Below are positions 17,671-27,594 of a stretch of DNA of 64,000 nt, piece after piece. Within the stretch, counting starts at the first letter, position 1; each line of letters begins with the position of its first letter. The stretch comes from an uncultured Nitrososphaerota archaeon (GTDB lineage: Archaea > Thermoproteota > Nitrososphaeria > Nitrososphaerales > Gagatemarchaeaceae), in NCBI GenBank assembly GCA_963718895.1, contig CAVRAG010000008.1:1408001-1472000 (forward strand), in the 5' to 3' direction. A program made the position numbers and the translations under genes. The notes beneath the pieces were generated by a model. It searched no databases. It worked only from the letters and a program-made list of their open reading frames with translations, and was not told the origin of the DNA.

Positions 17671-20600
17671 CTAGACCTGCTCCGTTCCGCATTTGGGGCA
17701 GCGCAGGGAACCCAGCTCTATCGCAGCGCCGCAGTTACTGCATAGCTGAGTCAGATGCTGCGCGGGCGAGTCGGGCGGTATCGCGTGTCTGAGCCGCCTT
17801 CCCGGGGCGACTACCACGGCGACGATGATGACCACGGCGGCCGCAAGCGCAGCTAGCATGAAAGTCGGGTAGCTGGCTAGGACCTTGGCGTGGTCCGCAC
17901 CAGCCAGCGCGGCGTCGCCGCTGACCTTCGTGGCGGCCCCGAAGTATGAGATTGAGGCCGTGTAGTTGCCGATTGGGATCTCCCGGAGAGTGACGGTGCC
18001 CTTGCTGTCGGTCGTCAACGCGATGGTGGTACCGTTGACCAGCGTCACCGATACCTTGGCTCCGGAAATCGGAAGTCCCAGATAGTCCGTGACCGTCAGG
18101 GTCCCGCTGTAGACTCTGGTAGCGATGGTCTGGCTCACCGGAGCACTCACGGTGTAGACGGTCTGGCCCGCAGGCTTCACGTCGGTACCCTCCCACTCGA
18201 CCTGGTAGATCTGGAATCTGGTGCCGTTGTCGAGCCACGTCCCGGACGACGGGACGCTCGCTACCGGAGAAGTCCCGGAGTAAATCTGGACCAAGGTCGG
18301 GACTATGGTGCCCGTCCCGGCGCCGTCCGTGAACTGCAGGGTCACCAGGTCCTGCGTCACCGCCTCGAAGGCCAGGGTGTGAGGTCCGTTGAAGATGATA
18401 GCCGGGGTCGTGAAGCTGCCGGAGTCGGCTCTCGTGACGTTGGTCTCGAGCGAGTCGAGCGTGAACGCGATGAGGTTCTGCCTGACCTCGCTGTTAACGA
18501 TGTCCCAGGTGTAGCCGGTAGTCGCCGTGAGCGTCGTTCCGGAGTCGTAGAACGAGTCGTGTGTCGGCGATGCGAGCGAGAGCGAGACGTTGTTCCCTCC
18601 CGGGAGAGCGAACGAGTACTGGGTGACGGAGGATATCGTGATGGTCTCAGGTCCGCTCATGGTGAGGGATACCGGAAATGTCCCGGCGCCCGACCTTGGA
18701 ATCTCTGTGTTTACGGCGCTCCCGCCTACGGCGTAACCCACGGCATTGGTTCTGGTGCCCGAGGCATTGTTCCAGGAGTGGTAGAAGTAGATGGTCACGG
18801 GGGTCCCGCTATCGTACCACCCTGCGTCCCCGGCTATCGAGGCGACCGTCCCCGTCGCGATCGAGCCGGTGCTGGCGACTAGGCGATACTGCACCGTCGT
18901 CACCGCTGTGACGGACTGGGGGGAGGAGAGCTGGACGGCGGCGAGCACGTCCACGGGGCCGGCCGTCGATGTACCCTTCGGAATCCCGTTCAGCGAATAG
19001 GAGAGCAGCCTCTCGCCGGCGCCTGCGGTGCGGTTCCAGACGCCGTCTAGCACCAGGCTCACGCTGGTCCCCTGGTCATACCAGTACCTGTCGCCGGTTA
19101 TCGAAGGAGACGTAATCGACGAGAGGGCGCCGGTCGCCGATGCGTCCAAGGTGACCTGATACTGCTGCACGGAGTTAATCGAGAGCTGACGGGCCGAGTT
19201 CATCGTTATGGATATCGAGACCGTCCCGGCCGTCGGCTTCACGGCGACGGGGGTGCCGCCATCGATGGAGTAGGAGGTCACCCTCTCTCCCGAACCCGAT
19301 CCCCGTCCGAAGACGCCCGGCACCGAGAGCTGCGCGGTCGAGCTGCTGTTGTACCACTGGGAGCTGGCCGTCCCGCCGCTCACGGAGAGGAAGAACTGGT
19401 GGTTGTAGCCGAAAGAGAGTGCTGATGAGGCCTGGACTGTCCCCTGAGTGGTCTGGGCGTACCAGCGCTCCCCAGAAGAGGAACCCGACAGCGTCTGAGG
19501 GACGGAGTACGGCGAATCGCCGTCCGCCCAGAGGGTCTTCTTTACGGCGGTCAGCTGAACCGATGCCGGGTTTCCGAAGCTCGTGTAGGACAGGCCCGGG
19601 CCCGCAGTCGGCGACCCTCCGCCTATCAGAGAGAAGCTGACGGTCAGGAGGAACTGATGATAGAAGACGTCGGAGACCGTAACCTGTGCCTTCATGACAC
19701 CGGATGTCGTCCCCGTCGTCGCCCATCGTTCGCTGGAACTGGAGGAGGAGAGGGGGTTCGAGATCGAGTACGTCGACCCGATGTCGAACCATTCGGTCGC
19801 GGGGCTCGACTGGAGCGGCAGGGTCGAGTTCGCCCCGAACGAGGTCCCTGTGACCGTCGGCGGGTTCGGAGACCCTCCCGAGACGCTGTAGGTTATCCCG
19901 AGCGAGTACTGGTGAACGTACGTGAGGGACACGGGCCCCGTCTTGTTGACCACCGCGGTGGACGACTGGACGGCCCACCTCTCACTCAGCGTCGAGCCAG
20001 GCAGCGTGGGTGAGTAGCTGCACGAGAGCCCGGAGTCGACCCAGTTCGAGGAGCTCAGCGGAACGCTGATCTGGACGCCGTACTGGGCGCAGGTGATTGC
20101 AGGTGCGCCGGCCGCGGTCCCCGCGCCTTTGGCGACGTAACCTGGTGTGACATAGAACTGATGGTAGTAGAGGATGGGCGACGGTATCTGGTTTGCAGAG
20201 GAGACGGTCCACTGCGAGGTCTGTGGAGACCATTGTTCTCCTGACCTGCTGGGTATCTGGCCTACAATAGAGACCTGTGATCCACGCGCCACCCATATTG
20301 TCTGCGTCGTGGAGTGCAGCGTGGGCCCTTCGAGGGTCTCCGAGGACACGGGAGAGGCGACCGCTGGCGCCGTATAGTAGTCCAGCATTGGGTTCGAGAT
20401 TATCGATCCATCAGAAGTCGCGTAGCTCGCGGACTGCACGAGAAGATCGTAGTAGTAGTAGGTCGCTGGGGAGCCTGCAGCGATTGAGACATTCCCACCC
20501 TGCGAATCCAGGGCCCACTTCTCGGTCGAAGTCGACCCGGTGGATACAGAAGAGATTGTAACAGAAGATCCGGCATCGGTCGGAAGCACCACGTTCTCGC

Positions 20601-20811
20601 CCTGGACATAGGCTGTCGACGTCTCGCCGTTCAACGTGTAAAAGACAGCAAACGAGTTCGAGGCGGAAAGCGGACTAGAAAGGGGCGCGGGAAGAAGTGT
20701 TATCGAAGTCGTCCCGGTCACGGTTTGGGCATGTGCAGACGCGGCGCCGCTCAGGAGAACTAGGCAGGCGAGAAGCACGAACAGTGACGGAAGCTTAAGT
20801 CGTGCAAGCAT
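17671..20811 (-). CDS. 1046-aa cell-surface protein with tandem beta-sandwich repeats, TM anchor and cytoplasmic zinc ribbon
   Basis: Signal peptide; repeated ERW...YHQ[FY]xL[TS]V and WYD..T units; carboxypeptidase-regulatory-like domain; TM; CSNC..CPKC. Confidence 0.85.
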   Translation of the reverse strand: MLARLKLPSLFVLLACLVLLSGAASAHAQTVTGTTSITLLPAPLSSPLSASNSFAVFYTLNGETSTAYVQGENVVLPTDAGSSVTISSVSTGSTSTEKWALDSQGGNVSIAAGSPATYYYYDLLVQSASYATSDGSIISNPMLDYYTAPAVASPVSSETLEGPTLHSTTQTIWVARGSQVSIVGQIPSRSGEQWSPQTSQWTVSSANQIPSPILYYHQFYVTPGYVAKGAGTAAGAPAITCAQYGVQISVPLSSSNWVDSGLSCSYSPTLPGSTLSERWAVQSSTAVVNKTGPVSLTYVHQYSLGITYSVSGGSPNPPTVTGTSFGANSTLPLQSSPATEWFDIGSTYSISNPLSSSSSSERWATTGTTSGVMKAQVTVSDVFYHQFLLTVSFSLIGGGSPTAGPGLSYTSFGNPASVQLTAVKKTLWADGDSPYSVPQTLSGSSSGERWYAQTTQGTVQASSALSFGYNHQFFLSVSGGTASSQWYNSSSTAQLSVPGVFGRGSGSGERVTSYSIDGGTPVAVKPTAGTVSISITMNSARQLSINSVQQYQVTLDASATGALSSITSPSITGDRYWYDQGTSVSLVLDGVWNRTAGAGERLLSYSLNGIPKGTSTAGPVDVLAAVQLSSPQSVTAVTTVQYRLVASTGSIATGTVASIAGDAGWYDSGTPVTIYFYHSWNNASGTRTNAVGYAVGGSAVNTEIPRSGAGTFPVSLTMSGPETITISSVTQYSFALPGGNNVSLSLASPTHDSFYDSGTTLTATTGYTWDIVNSEVRQNLIAFTLDSLETNVTRADSGSFTTPAIIFNGPHTLAFEAVTQDLVTLQFTDGAGTGTIVPTLVQIYSGTSPVASVPSSGTWLDNGTRFQIYQVEWEGTDVKPAGQTVYTVSAPVSQTIATRVYSGTLTVTDYLGLPISGAKVSVTLVNGTTIALTTDSKGTVTLREIPIGNYTASISYFGAATKVSGDAALAGADHAKVLASYPTFMLAALAAAVVIIVAVVVAPGRRLRHAIPPDSPAQHLTQLCSNCGAAIELGSLRCPKCGTEQV

Positions 20812-21261
20812 GTCAATCCATCTAACCTGTTCCCTTCCACGACGAGCGAGCCTGAAATCTCGATATATAACGATGTTTCAGGCGATTATTGTGGCATCCG
20901 GCTACGTTTGGAGCCGTCCGAGCAACTGCCGACGGGGCACCAGGCTAGACGCGCCACCGTCTCTAAGGGGCGCCTCTGAAGGGCGGACTCGGGACCCTTT
21001 GGAGGCTCTACCTCTTCTTCAGAACGATCATCGCGCCCCTCACGGTCGCCCTAGGGCGTCCGAACTTCGACCTGGCGTCAGCACCTCGCCCGCTCTGCTT
21101 TCCGCGTCCTCGATCCTCTTTTACATCTCTCCTAGCGCGCCCTGGATGTCGCCGATGAGGTCGGCTTCTATGGTGTGGGGCATCCGGAGCCCAGCCTCCT
21201 GGGCGGTTTTTGGAGATGTGGGCTTCGGCCGCTTTGCAGTGGGCCGCTGGCACCGGCTGCG

Positions 21262-21555
21262 TTATGCCAGTTCCTTCATGCCCTCAAGACTGTCAGCGAA
21301 GCTGCCGAGCGGATGGACCTCACGGTCCATAAGGAAGTTGGCTGGCGAATTGAAGAATATCTCGCCCATCTCCTCCAAGGTCTTGGTCTCCAGCACGTAG
21401 CCGTTTGCCAGGATGTCCAAGCATGGGCCTCCTATCATCTTGCCCTTCTTCTCGAGCTTGGCCATATACTTCAGGTATTCCACGCCCACCTTAGCGGACT
21501 CCTTTGAGTTCATGTTGACTCCTGTCCGGAGCCTTTCCATCACGAAGAATCGCAT
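21262..21555 (-). CDS. YciI / muconolactone isomerase-like dimeric alpha+beta barrel protein
   Basis: MRFFV...LEKKGKMIGGP...EVHPL; TATA box near 21580. Confidence 0.6.
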   Translation of the reverse strand: MRFFVMERLRTGVNMNSKESAKVGVEYLKYMAKLEKKGKMIGGPCLDILANGYVLETKTLEEMGEIFFNSPANFLMDREVHPLGSFADSLEGMKELA

Positions 21556-21751
21556 GGCAAATCGCGCCGGCCCCGAATGATAAAGGTTTGCCGGATGCTT
21601 CATTCCACAGGTTTTTCGTCGGGAAACCACGCCGGATGGGCTTCTGGCCGAGAGGAGCTCATTCGGGCCGAGATGCACGGGTGTTACGGCTCACCGCTCA
21701 CTCTCAAGTGTAAGGTCTTATCCTGACGACAAGTCTCCGCTGCCGAGGGCC

Positions 21752-22702
21752 TTGGGCAACGTCCTTGTCACGGGGGCAGCGGGACAGATCGGCTCTGAAC
21801 TGGTGGTGGAACTTCGCAGAGAGTACTCTGATCGGGCTGTGGTCGCAGCCGACCTGTCGCCGAAGCTATCCTCCGGAGTCCAAGAGCAGAGTCCCAACGT
21901 AATCTTGGACGTAACCGACGGGGCCCAGATGATCAGAATCTTTGAAGAGCGCGAAGTGGACACGGTCTACCATCTGGCAGGAGTCCTCTCCGCAACCGGC
22001 GAGCAGAAGCCACGCCTCGCATGGGACACGAACATTGGTGGCCTCTACAACGTACTGGAGGCTGCGCGAACGAGGGACGCGAGGGTGTTCTGGCCCAGCT
22101 CCATCGCGGTATTCGGTCCCGGTTCTCCTCGAGTGAAGACCCCGCAGAACACCGTGATGATCCCGAGCACCATCTACGGGGCTACCAAGGTGGCGGGCGA
22201 GCTTCTGTGCAACTACTACTATCACAGGTTCGGCGTGGATGTCAGGAGCGTCAGGTATCCCGGCATAGTCAGCAGCGAAACCCTTCCCGGCGGGGGGACG
22301 ACCGACTACGCCTCCCGCATGTGCTACGAGGCAATCGAGAGAGGGCAGTACAGCTGCTTCGTGAGGCAGGAGACAACGCTCCCGATGATGTATATGCCTG
22401 ACGCGATAAAGGCCGCGCTCACCATCATGGAGGCTGAATCAGGGAAGGTTAGGAACAGGACAGCGTACAACCTCACTGCCATGAGTTTCTCCGCGGGGGA
22501 GCTCGCGGAAGAGATACGCAAGCACATTCCGAACTTCAGGTGCACCTTCGAACCGGACTTCAGGCAGGCGATAGCGGATTCGTGGCCCATCTCAATCGAT
22601 GACTCCCTCGCGCGGGCGCATTGGGGGTGGGATTCCGACTACGACCTCGGCTCGATGACCGCGGACATGCTGAACGTACTGGGCAAGAGAATCGGAAAGT
22701 AG
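21752..22702 (+). CDS. tdh: L-threonine 3-dehydrogenase (SDR / epimerase type)
   Basis: GAAGQIG, YGATK, PGGGTTDY; directly upstream of kbl. Confidence 0.88.
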   Translation: MGNVLVTGAAGQIGSELVVELRREYSDRAVVAADLSPKLSSGVQEQSPNVILDVTDGAQMIRIFEEREVDTVYHLAGVLSATGEQKPRLAWDTNIGGLYNVLEAARTRDARVFWPSSIAVFGPGSPRVKTPQNTVMIPSTIYGATKVAGELLCNYYYHRFGVDVRSVRYPGIVSSETLPGGGTTDYASRMCYEAIERGQYSCFVRQETTLPMMYMPDAIKAALTIMEAESGKVRNRTAYNLTAMSFSAGELAEEIRKHIPNFRCTFEPDFRQAIADSWPISIDDSLARAHWGWDSDYDLGSMTADMLNVLGKRIGK

Positions 22703-22753
22703 CGAGGTGTCGGGGTCTCGCTTAATAGCCTCGCCTCGGGCGATTTTTGCGAG

Positions 22754-23953
22754 TTGGCTGAGAGAGACCCTGTGGCATTTCTGAAAGAAGAGTACCAAGC
22801 TCTCGTGCGCGAGGACCTGGATTGGAAGATCAGGACGCTCGACGGGCCGAGCTCTTCCTGGTGCACCGTCGAGGGCAAGAAGGTGCTAATGCTCTGTTCC
22901 AACAACTATCTGGGACTAAGCAACCACCCCCGTCTCAAGAAAGCCGCGACGGAGGCGATCGCCACGCATGGGGCGGGCTCGGGCTCCGTCAGGCCAATCG
23001 CCGGAACGATGGACCTTCACGTCGCTCTGGAGAGACGGCTGGCCGCCTTCAAGGGCGCTGACGCATCGCTGGTCTATCAGACGGGCTTCGCCGCCAACGC
23101 TGGCCTGATTCCCCAACTGGTGGGAGAGGCAGACCTCATCGTGAGCGACGAGCTGAACCACGGGAGCATAATCGATGGGATAAGGCTGGCCCGCGCGGGG
23201 AGGTCGGTCTACAAGCACGCCGACGTAGACGACCTCCGCAGGGTTCTCGAGGAAGCGGAGACGCACTCTCCTCCCTACAGAAGAATCCTGGTCATCACCG
23301 ATGGGGTCTTCTCGATGGACGGCGACGTGGCGCCCCTGGACAGAATCGCCGGACTGGCGCACGACCACGGAGCGATGCTCTACGTGGACGATGCGCACGG
23401 CGAGGGGGTGCTCGGAGATGGCGGACGCGGCATAGTCTCGCACTTCAAGCTAGGGAGGGACAGGGTGCAGGTGGAGATGGGCACGTTCTCCAAGGCGTTC
23501 GGGGTGGTCGGAGGGCACATCTCAGGTTCGCGCGACCTCGTCGACTTCGCTTACAACAAGTCCAGGACCTGGCTCCTCAGCGGTTCTCACCCTCCTGCCG
23601 TCGTGGCGGCGTGCATCGCGGCCATTGATGTGCTTGAGACGGAGCCTCAGCACGTCCAGCGGCTCTGGGAGAACACCAGGTACTTCAAGAAGGAGATGAG
23701 GGCTCTGGGATTCGACTTGGGTCAGAGCGAGACGCCCATCACGCCGGTCATGGTAGGGGACAGCGGCCTGGCCAGCGCGCTGAGCTCCAGGCTCTTCGAG
23801 GAGAGCGTCTTCGCCCTACCGATAGTCCATCCCATGGTCGCCAAGGGAAAGGCGAGAATCAGGACCATGATGAACGCGGCACTATCTCGCGAAGACCTCG
23901 ACTTTGCGATCTCCAAGTTCCGGAAGGTGGGCAGCCAGCTCCGGATTATCTAG
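22754..23953 (+). CDS. kbl: glycine C-acetyltransferase (2-amino-3-ketobutyrate CoA ligase)
   Basis: SNNYLGL, NHGSIIDG, DGVFSMDG, DDAHG, GTFSKAFG, ARIR. Confidence 0.88.
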   Translation: MAERDPVAFLKEEYQALVREDLDWKIRTLDGPSSSWCTVEGKKVLMLCSNNYLGLSNHPRLKKAATEAIATHGAGSGSVRPIAGTMDLHVALERRLAAFKGADASLVYQTGFAANAGLIPQLVGEADLIVSDELNHGSIIDGIRLARAGRSVYKHADVDDLRRVLEEAETHSPPYRRILVITDGVFSMDGDVAPLDRIAGLAHDHGAMLYVDDAHGEGVLGDGGRGIVSHFKLGRDRVQVEMGTFSKAFGVVGGHISGSRDLVDFAYNKSRTWLLSGSHPPAVVAACIAAIDVLETEPQHVQRLWENTRYFKKEMRALGFDLGQSETPITPVMVGDSGLASALSSRLFEESVFALPIVHPMVAKGKARIRTMMNAALSREDLDFAISKFRKVGSQLRII

Positions 23954-24018
23954 TCGAGCGCCCCCGGCGTCGATTGGTTTAAGGTCGGGCGCGCCCGTCG
24001 GACTCCTGTGCTAGCGAA

Positions 24019-24846
24019 TTGGCCCTGACGATAGCGTCGACCAGCAAGCTCAACTCGGGGGTGGAGATGCCCCTCCTCGGGCTCGGCGTCTACCAGACAC
24101 CCCCCGGAAAGGCGACTGAGGAGGCCGTGAAGTTCGCTCTGAAGATCGGGTACAGGCACATCGATACCGCGAGCCTGTACGGAAACGAAGAGAGCGTCGG
24201 GCTCGCTGTGAGAGGCAGCGGGGTGCCCCGCGACCAGGTCTTCGTCACCACCAAGCTCTGGAACAGTGACCACGGCTACGACTCCGCCCTTCGTGCCTGC
24301 GAAAAGAGCCTGCGCCGGCTCGGGATCGGCTACATCGACCTCTACCTGATCCACTGGCCCGTATCGCAGCTTAGGGAGGAGTCGTGGAAGGCGCTCCTAG
24401 AGCTGCAGCGGCGCGGCTCGTGCCGCGCAATAGGCGTGAGCAACTACACGGTGAGGCACCTCGACGAGCTGCTCGAAGGCTCGAAGGTGGTCCCCGACGT
24501 CGACCAGGTCGAGTTCAACCCCTTCCTCTACCAGGAAGAGCTCCTCCGGTTCTGCAAGGGAAAGGGAATACAGCTCGAGGCCTACAGCCCTCTGACCAGG
24601 GGGCACAGACTCCGTCACCCCGCTGTGCTCGAGGTCGCCCGGACATACTCCACGAGTCCGGCCCAGATCATGATCCGGTGGGGCCTGCAGCACGGCCTCG
24701 TGGTCATCCCGAAGTCGGCTCGTCCCGAGAGGATAAGGGAGAACTCGGAGGTCTTCGATTTTGAGATCTCCCCTGCCGACATGTCCAGGCTCGACTCGCT
24801 CGGCGAGAACCTGCACACAGACTGGGACCCTACCGACGCGGTCTGA
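24019..24846 (+). CDS. aldo/keto reductase
   Basis: GYRHIDTA, TTKLWN, DLYLIHWP, IGVSN, IPKS. Confidence 0.93.
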   Translation: MALTIASTSKLNSGVEMPLLGLGVYQTPPGKATEEAVKFALKIGYRHIDTASLYGNEESVGLAVRGSGVPRDQVFVTTKLWNSDHGYDSALRACEKSLRRLGIGYIDLYLIHWPVSQLREESWKALLELQRRGSCRAIGVSNYTVRHLDELLEGSKVVPDVDQVEFNPFLYQEELLRFCKGKGIQLEAYSPLTRGHRLRHPAVLEVARTYSTSPAQIMIRWGLQHGLVVIPKSARPERIRENSEVFDFEISPADMSRLDSLGENLHTDWDPTDAV

Positions 24847-24970
24847 GACCGCGGAGACGGCGTCCGGCCTTTCGTCTCCTCAGAGAGCGGTGGGAGAATC
24901 CGGTAGTTCGCAAGCTCTTACCGTTGTTTCACTATCCGACTTTTATAGAAAGATTGCTCAAAATTGAATC

Positions 24971-25981
24971 ATGACCATAATCAAGGCCGCCTCCGTTCTC
25001 GTAGCTTCTGTTCTGACTGTCGGCATATTAGGAATCTTTGTCATGTCGGCAGCCTCGGGCGCTCCAGGGATTTCACTAGATTCTTCAGCCGCGACGAGTT
25101 GCAATGGCTGCGTGTCGCAGTCTGTCCACGTGTCGGTCAAGTCGGGCGACATCGTGGTGACGCTCGTAGCATTGAGCCCCCAGAGCGTCTACGCGAGGAT
25201 CAACGGTGCCAAGTATGATGCGGGATTCCTCGGTTCACTTACTTCACCAGGTATGACCTTCCAGCAGCGATTCGCTTACACGAGGAACCCTGGCAGTGGT
25301 GACGGGACGCTCGCGTGGGAAGAGTACGCGATTGCGGCGGTTACAGGAACAGTCACGATAACGGGGACGGTCAACAGCACAATGGCCGCGTGGAGCATGA
25401 TAGCTTACAGCATAACCGGAGCAAACAACACAAATCCTTTCGACTCAAGTCCTTCCCTCCCCTCATCCGATTTCAACGACTGCAATCAGACCGACGGGTG
25501 CAGCGTGTACTATTCCAACAATAATGCGAACGACATGGTGCTGGCGATGATAGGAAGTCAGGGAGGGCCGGGCATCACTCCTCCCCCTGGATACACGATG
25601 ATAGCTCAAAGCAATCCGAACGGATGGATGACGAGTGGCGCTTCCTACCTCGTCCTCTCTTCGTCTCAGAACCACGTCTCATCGGGAAACTGGGCACTCA
25701 ACCCAGGTGAGTCAGCAATCTGGTTCGTCGATGCAATCCAAGCAAGTTCGTCGTTCACCACGTCAACAACATCAACAACGTCTACTTCCTCGACCTCAAC
25801 GGCTTCGACATCTTCCACTACCTCTACGAACTCGACTTCCACCACCAGTTCAACGAGTTCAACCACGACAACAACCATCTCGACGACAACGACGTCAACC
25901 CTGACGACCATGACAAGCACCTGCACGGTCACTTTCACCATGAACAGCACACAGGTGCTCGGATGGCAGGGAACTTGCTAG
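24971..25981 (+). CDS. secreted protein with long Ser/Thr-rich tail
   Basis: Signal peptide, TATA TTTTATA at 24941, Ser/Thr tract about 25750-25920. Confidence 0.75.
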   Translation: MTIIKAASVLVASVLTVGILGIFVMSAASGAPGISLDSSAATSCNGCVSQSVHVSVKSGDIVVTLVALSPQSVYARINGAKYDAGFLGSLTSPGMTFQQRFAYTRNPGSGDGTLAWEEYAIAAVTGTVTITGTVNSTMAAWSMIAYSITGANNTNPFDSSPSLPSSDFNDCNQTDGCSVYYSNNNANDMVLAMIGSQGGPGITPPPGYTMIAQSNPNGWMTSGASYLVLSSSQNHVSSGNWALNPGESAIWFVDAIQASSSFTTSTTSTTSTSSTSTASTSSTTSTNSTSTTSSTSSTTTTTISTTTTSTLTTMTSTCTVTFTMNSTQVLGWQGTC

Positions 25982-25984
25982 GCA

Positions 25985-26012
25985 GGGGGTTCGATTCTCT
26001 TCCGGGGCACCA
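25985..26012 (+). other. tRNA 3'-end fragment (att-like remnant)
   Basis: GGGGG-TTCGATT-CTCTT T-arm-like, then CCGGGGC-A-CCA; no matching 5' half upstream. Confidence 0.55.
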
Positions 26013-26081
26013 ATGGCAGGACTCGGTGCATTCTAGAGCATCCGAAAGGATGATAAGAACAGAAGCCCTCGTTAGCGCCGG

Positions 26082-26387
26082 ATGCGCTACTTTCTCTTCC
26101 CCAGAAAGGCCGCGGCCTACAGGATAGGCCAGCTGATCGCATCTGCCGCCGATGAGGTGGCGGGTAGTCAAGACAAGACAGGGACGGCAAGCATCGAAAA
26201 GGAGGGTTTCTTGAAGGCGGTCATCCAAGGAACGACCCAGGGTAGGCCCGGAGGTATCGCCGGATATTCGATGAAGGAAATGGATCCGCGCGTTCAGCCT
26301 ACCGCAAAGAAGTTGGTCAACCTAAGCAAGAATGACCCGAAACTGTTCAGTCTCGTGATGAAGGAGTTGGAACGGCGAGCTGTATAG
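26082..26387 (+). CDS. hypothetical protein, possibly a fragment
   Basis: Open frame with protein-like composition in a lower-GC patch. Confidence 0.4.
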   Translation: MRYFLFPRKAAAYRIGQLIASAADEVAGSQDKTGTASIEKEGFLKAVIQGTTQGRPGGIAGYSMKEMDPRVQPTAKKLVNLSKNDPKLFSLVMKELERRAV

Positions 26388-26415
26388 CCTCTCTCCCTCT
26401 GATTACAGCTCCCTG

Positions 26416-26667
26416 GTGACGTTGGCAACCTTCATGGCATCGTTTCAAAGCCCGTTCACGGCCTATCTGGCGGAGTCCAAGGGAAGCCGTTCGTACCTGT
26501 TCCCGGAATTGGCCTCGTTCGCCTGTCTCGCTCTCTCTGCTCTCCTCGGCGTAATCGAGAACCCGATATCGCTGTACATTTTGACCCTCGGAATCGCTCT
26601 TGCCCTGTGGACCTACCTCACTCTCTTCTTCGAGGAGTCAAAAGTGTCTCTGTTTACAGACTCGTAA
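26416..26667 (+). CDS. hypothetical small membrane protein
   Basis: Two hydrophobic stretches. Confidence 0.3.
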   Translation: MTLATFMASFQSPFTAYLAESKGSRSYLFPELASFACLALSALLGVIENPISLYILTLGIALALWTYLTLFFEESKVSLFTDS

Positions 26668-26741
26668 GCGCTCGAGAGATTCCGATTGTTCCGTGTCCAT
26701 GTGCTGGAACGTTTTTAGGTTTGGTCGAACGGAGACCAATC

Positions 26742-27158
26742 ATGAGTGCCGGTAACTTTAACGCACAGACAATCGCCGAGTTCCGCAAGAACAAGGGAAA
26801 GGTCGGCGGCTACTTCGCAGGGGCGCCGTTGCTGCTGCTACACACAGTCGGGAAGAAGACCGGGAAGGCTCACGTCACCCCGGTGATGTACCTCAAGGAC
26901 GGAGACAGGTACATCGTCTTCGGGTCGAAGGCGGGTCATGACTTCCATCCCCACTGGTTCCTCAACCTCAAGGCCAGCCCTGACGTAAAGGCCGAGATCG
27001 GGGACGAGACGCTCAATCTGCACGCCGTGGAAATCACGGGAGCTGAACGGGACGCCCTCTACAAGCGCCAGGTCGCCGCGTTCCCTACGTTCGGCGAATA
27101 CGAGCTTAAGACCAAGAGGAAGATCCCAGTCATCGCCCTCACCAAGAGAGAGAAGTGA
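26742..27158 (+). CDS. deazaflavin (F420)-dependent nitroreductase family protein
   Basis: FNAQTIAEFR, LLLHTVGKKTG, SKAG..HPHWFLNL, RKIPV. Confidence 0.9.
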   Translation: MSAGNFNAQTIAEFRKNKGKVGGYFAGAPLLLLHTVGKKTGKAHVTPVMYLKDGDRYIVFGSKAGHDFHPHWFLNLKASPDVKAEIGDETLNLHAVEITGAERDALYKRQVAAFPTFGEYELKTKRKIPVIALTKREK

Positions 27159-27201
27159 GCGGCATTGGGGGCGCATTTGCGCGTCCCGGCAGACTTCGGC
27201 T

Positions 27202-27594
27202 CTACTCTCCCGCGTCGTTCTTCTTCATCCGGGCCTTGACCAGCCTCTTGATGAGCAGGACGGGAATCTTCTCGTTCAGAGGAAGGTGGACGGCCGACTT
27301 CGTCGTCGTGTAGCCTGCCAGCTCCCTCCTGTGTTCCTCTATCACGGGAGGACGTAGGTAGAGTCCAATGTGCGCGGTCTGAAGACCGAACCACGCAAGC
27401 CGCCCCTTGTAGTTGTAGTAGGGCATCCTGTAGCTGATGCTCTCAACGGCGGTCGGTGCGGCCGACCTTATCGCCGCCCTGACTTCCTTCAGTTTGCCCT
27501 GGATCTCCTCTGGTGCTGCAGAGATGTAGGCGTCCACCTCCGGTGCGCTCTTCATGGCTCGCTTCTGGGTTGCGGGTCTCTTAGCCTTTGACAC
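27202..27594 (-). CDS. DUF1801 / YdhG-like protein
   Basis: VDAYI, ESISYRMPYY, HIGLY, TTKSAVHLP. Confidence 0.85.
   Translation of the reverse strand: MSKAKRPATQKRAMKSAPEVDAYISAAPEEIQGKLKEVRAAIRSAAPTAVESISYRMPYYNYKGRLAWFGLQTAHIGLYLRPPVIEEHRRELAGYTTTKSAVHLPLNEKIPVLLIKRLVKARMKKNDAGE

Noticed and set aside
20820-21260. ORFs 20810-21400 and 21008-21253
   Set aside because: No recognisable motifs and atypical composition; probably non-coding or an unidentifiable remnant.
25750-25920. ACN/TCN-rich low-complexity tracts (also 56250-56420)
   Set aside because: Explained by Ser/Thr linkers of surface proteins, not a DNA-level repeat element.
25930-26012. An intact tRNA gene
   Set aside because: No complementary 5' acceptor strand, D-arm or anticodon arm; the upstream bases are coding sequence.
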